From: Desulfoglaeba alkanexedens ALDC
GTDB lineage: Bacteria > Desulfobacterota > Syntrophobacteria > Syntrophobacterales > DSM-9756
Length of the DNA stretch: 32,000 bases
Direction: 5' to 3'
NCBI RefSeq assembly: GCF_005377625.1
Contig: NZ_CP040098.1
Location: 2,499,279 to 2,531,278, forward strand
A program made the position numbers and the translations under genes. Position 1 is the first letter of the stretch. Each line of letters opens with the position of its first letter. The notes beneath the pieces are model-generated. The model searched no databases. It was not told where the DNA came from and was given only the letters and a program-made list of their open reading frames with translations. This document shows positions 7,947 through 16,116 of this stretch, piece by piece.

Positions 7947-8107
7947 TGTAGGAGGGGGTTTGACCGTCGATGGGGGTCGCTTGCAGGAGCGGCCTTGGCC
8001 GCGACCAGGGTCGGCGAGAAGCCGGCTCCTGGGGACAAGGGCCTGAAACCTATTCCCGGACAAGCTCCTAGGAGCTTGTCCGGGAATGCCGGTTTTGGCC
8101 GTTTTGG
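7947..8107. repeat. Degenerate type-B units plus a 36-bp perfect palindrome
   Basis: TGTAGGAGGGGGTTTGACCGTCGAT and TGCAGGAGCGGCCTTGGCCGCGAC units. These are followed by ATTCCCGGACAAGCTCC-TA-GGAGCTTGTCCGGGAAT at 8052-8087 (17-bp arms), then T-runs on the plus strand. The region lies about 90 nt downstream of the thiolase stop. Confidence 0.75.
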
Positions 8108-8173
8108 GTACGCTAAGTGTGCTAAATTGCGCTGCCCCAAGGGGCTTTTGATGCTGAGTTCTCGGACAGGTTC

Positions 8174-9370
8174 CTAGAGGCCGAAAATGCTGACACTGCA
8201 CACGCTGAAGGAAGGGATCCCACCCAGGTTGTGGGTAAGGCCCAGGGTCGGGTTGGGGATCTGGCGCTCACCCGCCTTGTGCTGCAGCTGCTTGACCACT
8301 TCGTAGATCATCCGGATGCCGGAAGCCCCGATGGGGTGGCCGAAACACTTGAGTCCGCCGTCGCTCTGGCAGGGAATCTTTCCTTCCAGGTCGAAGAGAC
8401 CCTCATTAACGTCCAGGATGGCCCGGCCTCGCGGCGAAATCCCCAGGTCTTCGTAGGTTACGAGTTCGGTGATGGAAAAGCAGTCGTGGACTTCAAGGAT
8501 GCTCAATTCGTCCCGTGGGTTCTTGATGCCGGCTTCCGCATAGGCCCGTGCGGCCGCTTCCGTGGTGGTCTTCAAATAAGAGCCGTCCCAGGAGGTGGTG
8601 AGCATTTCTTCGCCGGATGTGGCGGCGATCTGGAGTGCTTTCACGAAGACCGGGTCCTTCCTCAAGCTGCGTGCGATTTCCGGCGTCGTAACGATCGCCG
8701 CCGCCGCCCCGTCGCTCACCCCGCAGCAGTCGAAGAGCCCCAGCGGCCACGCGATGATGGGAGCCTTGAGCACCTGTTCCGGGGTGACGGGCTTTCGAAG
8801 GTGCGCCCTGGGGTTCAGGGCCCCGGCGCGGTGGCTCTTGCTGGAAATCTTCGCGAGGGCCCGCTTTCCTTCTTCCGGGTCGATCCCGTACTTGGCGAAG
8901 TACCGGGTGGCAAGCAGCGCGAAGGCGCCCGGGGCGGTGAAGTTGGGAAGGGTGAAGTGCTGGAAGACCCCCATGGCCGTATCGAACCCGGGAAGCCCCC
9001 CATAGCCGGTGTCTTTGAGCTTTTCCACGCCGACGGCCAGGGCTATCCGGGAGGCGCCGGCCGCTACGGCGTAGCAGGCGCCGCGAAAGGCTTCCGTTCC
9101 GGTCGCGCAGAAGTTCTCCACCCGGGTGACCGGGAGGTTCGGCAGCTTCAGAGTCTGCGACAGGGGGATGCCGCTTTTTCCAACGTTCACTTCGTCGAAG
9201 CAGGTGCCGAGCCAGGCCGCGTCGATTTCGCGCCGTTCGATCCCTGCGTCTTCCATGGCTTCCATAAAGGCTTCCAGTATGAGGTCTTCAGCGGCGGCGT
9301 CCCAGCGTTCGCCGAAGCGGGTGCATCCCATGCCGATGATGGCGACTTTGTCCTTGATACCGATGGCCAT
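8174..9370 (-). CDS. Thiolase-fold acyl-CoA acyltransferase (SCP-x / DUF35-associated subtype)
   Basis: Start moved from 9424 to ATG 9370 (MAIGIKDKVAIIGMGCTRFGERW; AAGGAGGA SD). Nucleophile region NFCATGTEAFRGA. C-terminal GHPIGASGIRMIYE and HNLGG motifs fit the thiolase superfamily. Confidence 0.88.
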   Translation of the reverse strand: MAIGIKDKVAIIGMGCTRFGERWDAAAEDLILEAFMEAMEDAGIERREIDAAWLGTCFDEVNVGKSGIPLSQTLKLPNLPVTRVENFCATGTEAFRGACYAVAAGASRIALAVGVEKLKDTGYGGLPGFDTAMGVFQHFTLPNFTAPGAFALLATRYFAKYGIDPEEGKRALAKISSKSHRAGALNPRAHLRKPVTPEQVLKAPIIAWPLGLFDCCGVSDGAAAAIVTTPEIARSLRKDPVFVKALQIAATSGEEMLTTSWDGSYLKTTTEAAARAYAEAGIKNPRDELSILEVHDCFSITELVTYEDLGISPRGRAILDVNEGLFDLEGKIPCQSDGGLKCFGHPIGASGIRMIYEVVKQLQHKAGERQIPNPTLGLTHNLGGIPSFSVCSVSIFGL

Positions 9371-9386
9371 GGGCGATTCCTCCTTG

Positions 9387-10838
9387 TCATGAAACGGTGG
9401 GAACGGCTTTCCAGAAATAGACATGTATGCCGCGTTCTTTGTCTAGGTACTTGCGGCGGAAGGCAAGGCTCACCGCCATGCCCACCTGGAGGTCTTCCAG
9501 GGAGCAGTCGGTGAAATCGAGCATCATGCGGCCGCCCCCGTCGAAGTCGACGATGCCGTAGATTTGCGGCGGATCATAGGAAAAGGCCAGGTGATCGGCG
9601 GTGTAGCTGACGATGCGCCCGGTTCGAGAAGCGAACGGGTAAGGATCCATAGCATCCACGGCGTTACAATCGGGAACGGCGCAGACCCTCTGAGGCGGAT
9701 ACTGCGGCGTGCCGCAGTGGCGACATCGGCTGCCCACGAGCCCAAAGATGGTGCTCCTGTGCCGCCACATGACGGACCGGGGCGATTCCGCCTGAAATTC
9801 GCCGCGAAGACCGGTTTCCACCGGGAGGACGTTGCGGAAGGCGAGCGCCTTTTCATAGTTCGAAAGCAGCGCTTTTCGTTCGATCTGTCGGGAAAGCGGG
9901 AGCGCGGGGCGGCGATCGCGGATACGGTCCGTCGCCTGGAAATGGAGGACGTCGACGCCGCTTCCGAAGCCGACCACTAAAAGGTTGTCCCCGGGTTCGG
10001 CCTGTTCCAGAGCGTGCACCAGGAGCAGCAGCGGATGGGCGGAACCCGTATCGCCCACGGCGGCAGTGAGGGGGTCTACCACTCTTTGCGGATCGATGTT
10101 CAGCGCTTTGGCGATGGCGGCGTGTTCGCGCGGAAAGGGGCACGGGTATGCGATCTTTTGATAGGCTTGAGCGTCGGTGCCCTGCTTTTCGAAGAAGGCG
10201 GCAAGTGCCCGGGGGATGATCTTGAGGTAGCCTTCATCCCGGATCCAGCGTTCTTCCCAGGTTCGGCTGAAGCGCTGAGAGCAGTCCCGCATGCGGTCCG
10301 GGAAGTCAGCCGTGAGCGAGAGGGCGCCTCGAAAGACGGCCAGCAAGTCTTCGGTTCCCACCGCCACGGCGGCGCCCGCATCGGCCGCCACGTGTTCTTC
10401 GGCGCTCCCAGGCTTAGCGGTCCGCGCATCGGCCGCAGCGATGAGAGCGCCGCCGGAACCGCCGTTTTCGAGCGACCGGAGGGCTTGGATCAAGGCGGTG
10501 GTCCCCGAACGGAACGAGCCGGTGACGTCGGCGGTTTCGGTTTCGGGTGCCAGGTTCAGTGCGGCGGCGGCGATGGCGCTGTTCTGGCGTTCCAGGTATG
10601 GGAGTGTGGTGGAAGCGACAAAGAGTTGCGTGGGGCTCAAGTCTGGGGCGGTGGTGAGGGCGTTTCGGGCGGCGGCTACGGCGAGGGTGACCGCGTCCTC
10701 GTCCACGTTGGCCACGGCCTTTTCCCCGGCCGCCAGCCCCAGGGTCGCCAGGTTGATCCAGCTCATGGCCTGGGCGATCCGTTTTCGTTCCAGGCGATAG
10801 CGGGGGATGTGGGCGCCGTAAGCGGTAATGCCGATCAT
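9387..10838 (-). CDS. HMG-CoA-synthase-like (KAS-III fold) domain fused to a DUF35 zinc-ribbon/OB-fold domain
   Basis: Start moved from 10901 to ATG 10838 (MIGITAYGAHIPRYRL; AGGAGGTGA SD). The N-terminal ~350 aa resemble archaeal-type HMGCS. The C-terminal ~130 aa carry a CRHCG...CAVPDC zinc ribbon and an OB-fold-like segment (IYGIVDFDGGGRMMLDFTD...VGMAVSLAFRRKY), typical of DUF35. The stop lies 16 nt before the thiolase ATG. Confidence 0.85.
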   Translation of the reverse strand: MIGITAYGAHIPRYRLERKRIAQAMSWINLATLGLAAGEKAVANVDEDAVTLAVAAARNALTTAPDLSPTQLFVASTTLPYLERQNSAIAAAALNLAPETETADVTGSFRSGTTALIQALRSLENGGSGGALIAAADARTAKPGSAEEHVAADAGAAVAVGTEDLLAVFRGALSLTADFPDRMRDCSQRFSRTWEERWIRDEGYLKIIPRALAAFFEKQGTDAQAYQKIAYPCPFPREHAAIAKALNIDPQRVVDPLTAAVGDTGSAHPLLLLVHALEQAEPGDNLLVVGFGSGVDVLHFQATDRIRDRRPALPLSRQIERKALLSNYEKALAFRNVLPVETGLRGEFQAESPRSVMWRHRSTIFGLVGSRCRHCGTPQYPPQRVCAVPDCNAVDAMDPYPFASRTGRIVSYTADHLAFSYDPPQIYGIVDFDGGGRMMLDFTDCSLEDLQVGMAVSLAFRRKYLDKERGIHVYFWKAVPTVS

Positions 10839-10950
10839 GGTCACCTCCTGGACGACGGGTGTGTGGGGTGTGTGCCTAATTCTGACTGGGCGCTCATTCA
10901 TTTAACTTTGCTGCACCGGTTCTCGAGTGTCAAGCGCAAAATCGTGAGAG

Positions 10951-11390
10951 CCTGTCTAAGAATACCCTTGCCCCTTCCGGGATTGAGGGTCCGTTTCCCC
11001 TCGTTCCCAAACTCTGGCTTGGGAACGGCCTGCTTTCGATCAGTCCAATCGTTCCCAAGCTGGAGCTTGGGAACAAGGTGGATGGTGGAGCTTGGGAACA
11101 AGGTTGAAACCGGGCCGATCCCCGGTAGGAGCCGGCTTGCCGGCGATCAGGGTCAACGGGTTATTGCCGGTTTTACGGGTCGCGGTAGAGAGGACATGCG
11201 GGCGAGACGCCCGCGCTCCCAGGTCAACGCGGCATGGCCGGTTTTACGGGTCGCGGGGAAGCCCGCTCCTAGGGGGCCCCTTGTAGGAGCGGCGCCGTCG
11301 CCGCGATAAAATAAAAGTTGGAGCTTCTGCACGGTTGTGTTCCCAAGCTGGAGCTTGGGAACGAGGTGGATGGTGGAGCTTGGGAAGGAG
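10951..11390. repeat. Densest REP/MITE-like array (type C, type A x3 plus partials, nested type B)
   Basis: Type C at 10951-10996. Type-A palindromes at 11003-11026, 11051-11074 and 11339-11362, with partial arms near 11086-11099 and 11374-11386. A type-B composite runs from 11125 to about 11275 with an internal duplication of CCGGTTTTACGGGTCGCGG. TGTAGGAGCGGCGCCGTCGCCGCGAT lies at 11282-11307. Confidence 0.88.
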
Positions 11391-11518
11391 GGGGAAGCTC
11401 TGCGGCGGAAAGGACGCGCCCGTTTGGCGTTACCGGGGAAGATTTTCCGCGTTTTCTGGACCTCGGCGGGGACGCTTCCTTCAATGGCGGATGGACTTGA
11501 GGCGGTCTTCGTGTCAGA

Positions 11519-12892
11519 ATGCGCACGCTTGCGGGCCAAGACCACTCAGGAAAGGACGTTCAGGTGACGGTGCCGGACGACGACAGCCCTCGAAACCTCA
11601 GGAAAGGATTCAGCACCGGCACCGCCATGGCCGCGGCCGCCCGCGCGGCGCTCCGGCGGGCGCTCACCGGGGAAGCTCCCGCGGTCGTCGCCGTAAAGCT
11701 GCCCATGGGCTTCTACCTTCCGATTCCCGTCGCCTCTTCCGGGACGCATGGCCGTCGCGTCTGGGCGTCGGTGGTAAAAGACGGCGGGGACGATCCTGAC
11801 GTGACCCACGGTGCGAAAATCGTCGTGAGCGTAGCGGCGGGGCGGACGGCGCCGGCGGCATGTTCTTCTTCCGGAAAGCCGCCGGAACGCGCCGGGGTGC
11901 TCCTGGTGGCTGGAGAAGGGGTGGGAAAAGTCACCAAGCCGGGGCTCCCGATTCCGCCAGGCGAACCCGCCGTGAACCCGGTGCCGCGCCGATGTCTCGT
12001 GGAAAACCTGGTGGAAGAATGGAGGCGCTGGAAGCACCTTGCGCGGCCGATACAAACCGCGGAAACGAACGGCGTCGCCGAAGAACCGCCGTGGGGCGCT
12101 GAGCGAAGCGTCGCCGACCCGAAGGGTCCCCGCGTTTGGCTCCCTTTTCCGGAAAGTTCCGGCTGCAACAGGGTGTTTCTCGAAGTGATCGTGTCGGTTC
12201 CCGGCGGTGAGGCGTTGGCGCGGCGCACCTTGAACCCGCGCCTGGGGATCCTCGGCGGCATTTCCATCCTGGGAACCACCGGCATCGTCCGGCCCTTTTC
12301 CCACGAGGCCTACGAAGAAACGATCCGATCGGCGCTGCGGGTCGCCAGGGCCGCCGGCGCCACCACGGTGGTTTTGACGACGGGCGGAAAGAGTGAGAAA
12401 GGGGTGCGGGCGCTTCGACCCGACCTGCCGCCCGAGGTCTTCGTCCAGGTGGCGGATTTTTTCGCTTTTTCGGTGGAAGAATCCCGGCGGCTCGGTTTCC
12501 GAGCCGTGGTCCACGGCGCCTTTTTCGGAAAGGTGGTCAAGATGGCTCAAGGGCATCGATACACCCACGCGCACCGGGTGCCGCTGGACCTCAAGCCTCT
12601 GGCCCGGCGGGCGGCGGCGCTGGGCCACGAAGCGTCTTTATGCGAAGCCTTGGCTGCGGCCAATACCGCTCGGCATGCTTTGGAACTCTTGAAGGCAGCG
12701 GAAGCCCACGATGTGATCGAATCCATCTGCCGGGATGCGGTGGCCGCTTCCCGGGTCTTTTCCGGCGGTCGGCTCCACACCGAACTCCTCCTTTTCGACT
12801 ACGACGGGAGGCTGATCGCCCGCACGGGCGATTCCCGTATCGATTGTCGTGAAGACTCCGCCGGCGCGCTGGGGAAAGGGGCTGCCGGATGA
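11519..12892 (+). CDS. cbiD: Cobalt-precorrin-5B (C1)-methyltransferase CbiD
   Basis: LRKGFSTGTAMAAAARAAL near the N-terminus, GEGVGKVTKPGLPIPPGEPAVNPVPR, and NPRLGILGGISILGTTGIVRPFS are CbiD signatures. An alternative GTG start at 11564 (AGGAAAGGA SD) is possible. The stop overlaps the next gene's ATG (ATGA). Confidence 0.88.
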   Translation: MRTLAGQDHSGKDVQVTVPDDDSPRNLRKGFSTGTAMAAAARAALRRALTGEAPAVVAVKLPMGFYLPIPVASSGTHGRRVWASVVKDGGDDPDVTHGAKIVVSVAAGRTAPAACSSSGKPPERAGVLLVAGEGVGKVTKPGLPIPPGEPAVNPVPRRCLVENLVEEWRRWKHLARPIQTAETNGVAEEPPWGAERSVADPKGPRVWLPFPESSGCNRVFLEVIVSVPGGEALARRTLNPRLGILGGISILGTTGIVRPFSHEAYEETIRSALRVARAAGATTVVLTTGGKSEKGVRALRPDLPPEVFVQVADFFAFSVEESRRLGFRAVVHGAFFGKVVKMAQGHRYTHAHRVPLDLKPLARRAAALGHEASLCEALAAANTARHALELLKAAEAHDVIESICRDAVAASRVFSGGRLHTELLLFDYDGRLIARTGDSRIDCREDSAGALGKGAAG

Positions 12893-14172
12893 GGGACGTC
12901 CCCTCGGCCTCGGGCCCGAAAGCGTGGTCGCCGCCCCGGGTGGTGCTCGCCGGCGTCGGCATGGCGCCGGCCGATGTGACGGCGAGGGTCCGCGAATGGT
13001 TGGAACGGGCCGAAGTGTTGGCTGGCGGCAAACGGCACCTGGAATGGTTCGCGGATCTTCCGGCGGAAAAAATCCCGCTGATTTCGCCCATGGACGAAAG
13101 CCTCCGCCGGATCGTCGCGGTGTCTTCGCAGCGGAAGACCGCGGTTCTGGCTTCGGGGGATCCGCTCTTTTTCGGCATCGGGAGGCGGCTTGTGGAACGC
13201 CTCGGTCCGGAGCGGCTCATCACGTTTCCCAACGTCACGGCGGTGCAGGCGCTCTTTTCCCGCCTGGGCCTTCCCTGGGACGGTGTGGCGGTACGGAGCC
13301 TCCACGGAAGAGACGACCGATCCTGGCTGAGGGTGCTCCGCGATACCGGAAAGCTGGCGCTCTACACGGACGCGGTCCGGTCGCCGGCCGCCGTCGCTCG
13401 GGAACTCCTGGAGGCGGGGATGACGGACTGCGACCTGGCGGTGGGGGAAGACCTGGGACTTCCGGCGGAGCGGGTCCGCTGGATGTCGGCCCGGGAAGCG
13501 TCCGAATCCGACTTTTCGCCGCTCAACGTGATGGCGATCATCCGGCGCCCGGAAGCGGCGGTTCGCGGTGAGGGAGCCCTCGAAGCCCTTGAACCGGTCT
13601 TCGGCCTTCCCGACGAAGCGTTCCACCACCGGTACGGGCTCATCACCAAAATGGAAATCCGGAGCGTGGTGCTGGCGAAGCTCGGCCTGATTCCGGGTCT
13701 GGTGCTGTGGGATCTTGGAGCGGGAAGCGGTTCGGTCGCCGTCGAAGCCGCACGGACGGTGCGTCTTGCCGGGGTCTTCGCTGTGGAAAAACGTACGGAA
13801 CGGGTCGAAGATATCCGAGCCAACGTGCGGCGCCTGGCCTTGGGCGACGTCACGGTGATTTGCGGCGATGCGGTGGAAGCGGTCGCGGAACTACCGGATC
13901 CGGACCGCGTCTTCATCGGCGGAAGCGGCGGCCGCTTGGAAGCGCTCCTTGCGGCGGCGGCGTCGCGGTTGAGGGTCGGCGGGAGGATGGTCGTTACGGC
14001 TGCGACCCTGGAAACGGTGGAAACCGCTCGGTCCTTTTTCGCACGCCGCGGCTTCGCATGCGATATTACGCAGATCCAGGTGAACCGGTCGTCCCCGATC
14101 GGTTCCGCCACGCGTTTTGAGCCGCTCAACCCGGTGTTCATCGTCACGGCGGCATCGGCCGCTTCGGGTTGA
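12889..14172 (+). CDS. cbiET: Fused CbiE/CbiT (CobL-type) cobalt-precorrin-7 C5- / cobalt-precorrin-6B C15-methyltransferase (decarboxylating)
   Basis: 427 aa. The N-half is tetrapyrrole-methylase-like (VVLAGVGMAP...SGDPLFFGIGRRL). The C-half is a SAM-methyltransferase (GLITKMEIRSVVLAKLGL...VLWDLGAGSGSVAVEAA). Confidence 0.9.
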   Translation: MRDVPSASGPKAWSPPRVVLAGVGMAPADVTARVREWLERAEVLAGGKRHLEWFADLPAEKIPLISPMDESLRRIVAVSSQRKTAVLASGDPLFFGIGRRLVERLGPERLITFPNVTAVQALFSRLGLPWDGVAVRSLHGRDDRSWLRVLRDTGKLALYTDAVRSPAAVARELLEAGMTDCDLAVGEDLGLPAERVRWMSAREASESDFSPLNVMAIIRRPEAAVRGEGALEALEPVFGLPDEAFHHRYGLITKMEIRSVVLAKLGLIPGLVLWDLGAGSGSVAVEAARTVRLAGVFAVEKRTERVEDIRANVRRLALGDVTVICGDAVEAVAELPDPDRVFIGGSGGRLEALLAAAASRLRVGGRMVVTAATLETVETARSFFARRGFACDITQIQVNRSSPIGSATRFEPLNPVFIVTAASAASG

Positions 14173-14187
14173 GAGGGAGGAGGCGCC

Positions 14188-14964
14188 ATGCGTCATGCCA
14201 TCGTTTTTGTCGGGGCCGGCCCGGGCGATCCGGAGCTCATCACGGTCAAGGGGCGGCGGCTCATCGAAGAAGCCGACCGGATCGTCTACGCGGGCTCCCT
14301 GGTTCCGGAAAGGCTTCTTGCGGCGCGAAAGCCCGGCGCCGAAATCTTCGACAGTGCGCCGCTCACCCTGACCGAAACGCATGCGTTCCTCTTGGAAGGT
14401 TACCGGGCGGGCCTGCGGGTGGTGAGGCTCCACACCGGCGACCCCGGACTTTACGGCGCCGTCCGGGAACAGATGGATCTTCTGGATCGCGACGGCGTCC
14501 CCTACGAGGTGGTGCCGGGAGTGACGGCGGCCTTCGCCGCCGCGGCCGCCCTTAAGCGGCAGCTCACGCTGCCCGAAGTGTCCCAGACCGTCATTTTCAC
14601 CCGCTGTTCCGGACGGACGCCGGTCCCGGAGCGGGAATCGCTCCAGAGCCTGGCGGCTCACCGAAGCACTTTGGCCATTTACCTCAGCGTGCACCACCTG
14701 GACCGGGTGGTGGAAGACCTTTTGGTGCATTACCCGCGGGAAACGCCCGTGGTGGTGGCCTACCGGGTGGGCTGGCCGGACGAACGCCTCGTGCAGGGGA
14801 CCTTGGAAACCATCGTGGACCGGGTGCGGAGCGAAGGCATCGCCCGTCAGGCTTTGATCCTCGTGGGCGAGGTGTTGGAGATCGGCCGGCAAGCCCCCCG
14901 ATCGAAGCTCTACGACGCAGGTTTCGAGCACGGGTTTCGCCCCGGCCGAACCCGGGGGGATTGA
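14188..14964 (+). CDS. cbiF: Cobalt-precorrin-4 C11-methyltransferase CbiF/CobM
   Basis: 258 aa. VFVGAGPGDPELITVKGRRLIEEADRIVYAGSLV, RLHTGDPGLYGAVREQ, VVPGVTAAFAAAAAL and PEVSQTVIFTR...GRTPVPE track the CbiF sequence I remember almost motif for motif. GGAGGAGG SD. Confidence 0.93.
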   Translation: MRHAIVFVGAGPGDPELITVKGRRLIEEADRIVYAGSLVPERLLAARKPGAEIFDSAPLTLTETHAFLLEGYRAGLRVVRLHTGDPGLYGAVREQMDLLDRDGVPYEVVPGVTAAFAAAAALKRQLTLPEVSQTVIFTRCSGRTPVPERESLQSLAAHRSTLAIYLSVHHLDRVVEDLLVHYPRETPVVVAYRVGWPDERLVQGTLETIVDRVRSEGIARQALILVGEVLEIGRQAPRSKLYDAGFEHGFRPGRTRGD

Positions 14965-14968
14965 GGTC

Positions 14969-16111
14969 ATGGCATGGGAGGGCGACCGCCGGGACGAAAG
15001 CTCCCGTCCGGGGAGTATCGCTGTGGCGGCCATAACCGCCGGCGGCGTCCGGCTGGCGCTCCAAATCCAGGCGCAACTTCCTGGAAGCATCTGCTATGTG
15101 CCTCGACGCCATGCGTTCGCGCTCGTCATGGGCGCCCGGCCTTTCGACCGGCTGAAAGACCTGGTGCCCGAAATCTGGACGCGCCACCGGGCTATGGTGT
15201 TCGTCATGGCGACCGGCATCGTGGTGCGGCTCATCGCGCCGCTTGTCCATCAGAAGATGCGGGACCCCGCCGTGGTGGTGGTCGACGAGAAGGGGCGCTT
15301 CGTCATCAGCCTGCTTTCCGGCCATTGGGGCGGCGCCAACGCCTTGGCCGAATCGGTCGCTCGGATCACCGGCGGCCTGCCGGTGGTCACCACGGCAAGC
15401 GACGTGTGCCGGCGGCCGGCCATCGATCTTCTCGCCCGCAAGGCGGGACTCGTCATCGAAAACCCCGAAGCACTTCCGCGCATCGCCCGGGCCGTTCTGG
15501 AAGATGAACCGCTTTGGCTTTTCGACCCGGCGCGGCGCCTGGGACTTTCGCAGGCCGACCTGCCTCAGGTCCGGTTCTGGGACGAAAGCCATCCGGCTTG
15601 GGAGCCTCGGCGGACGTCGGCCACGGCGGAAGCCGGCGACGCGGCAGGGGAGGAGCCGAGCGGCTCGGCCGAACTCATCGGCGTTTGGGTGTCCGAAAAG
15701 GCTTCCAACCCCGAAGGCCTTTGGCTGCGCCTTCGCCCGCGAAGCCTGGTAGTGGGCGTCGGGTGCAACCGGGGGACCTCTGCGGAAGAGATCCTCGAAG
15801 TGGTCCGGCGGGTTCTGGACGATGCGGGGCTCGCGCCGCCGTCGATCCGAAATTTCGCCAGCGTGGACCTCAAAGCGGACGAGGCTGGGCTACTGGAAGC
15901 GGCCCGCCGGCTGGATCGGCCGCTGGAATTCTTTTCACGCAAAGACTTGAGGGACGTGGCGGTTCCGCGCCCGTCCCGTCGAGTCGCCGAACACATCGGA
16001 GTACCCAGCGTATGCGAAGCAGCAGCAATCCTGAGCGCCGGAAGCCGGAAGCTTCTCATTTCGAAGCAGAAAGCGGGCAACGTGACGGTGGCCGTGGCCG
16101 GGGTGGACTGA
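14969..16111 (+). CDS. cbiG: Cobalt-precorrin-5A hydrolase CbiG
   Basis: 380 aa. MVFVMATGIVVRLIAPLVHQKMRDPAVVVVDEKGRFVISLLSGHWGGANALA is the CbiG N-domain signature. The C-domain has VGVGCNRGTSAEEI...SVDLKADEAGL...GVPSVCEAAA. It starts 4 nt after the cbiF stop. Confidence 0.9.
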   Translation: MAWEGDRRDESSRPGSIAVAAITAGGVRLALQIQAQLPGSICYVPRRHAFALVMGARPFDRLKDLVPEIWTRHRAMVFVMATGIVVRLIAPLVHQKMRDPAVVVVDEKGRFVISLLSGHWGGANALAESVARITGGLPVVTTASDVCRRPAIDLLARKAGLVIENPEALPRIARAVLEDEPLWLFDPARRLGLSQADLPQVRFWDESHPAWEPRRTSATAEAGDAAGEEPSGSAELIGVWVSEKASNPEGLWLRLRPRSLVVGVGCNRGTSAEEILEVVRRVLDDAGLAPPSIRNFASVDLKADEAGLLEAARRLDRPLEFFSRKDLRDVAVPRPSRRVAEHIGVPSVCEAAAILSAGSRKLLISKQKAGNVTVAVAGVD

Positions 16112-16116
16112 GTCTT

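Noticed and set aside
8231-9514. 427-aa plus-strand ORF opposite the thiolase. ORFs 10014..11309, 2842..3879, 21069..21971, 22512..23576 and 19669..20376 are similar cases.
   Set aside because: These are shadow ORFs opposite strongly supported minus-strand genes, with no SD or motif support.
11391-11518. Expected cobalamin riboswitch upstream of cbiD
   Set aside because: I could not find the B12-box or the conserved GCCACTG/AGGGAA-GGTG core elements. The leader is mostly repeat DNA. A covariance-model scan would be needed to be certain.
13891-15090. 399-aa minus-strand ORF opposite cbiET/cbiF. ORFs 11546..12628, 12799..13629, 13362..14189, 14684..15592 and 15565..17010 are similar cases.
   Set aside because: All are antisense to well-supported cbi genes and have low-complexity, Arg/Pro-rich composition with no family motifs.
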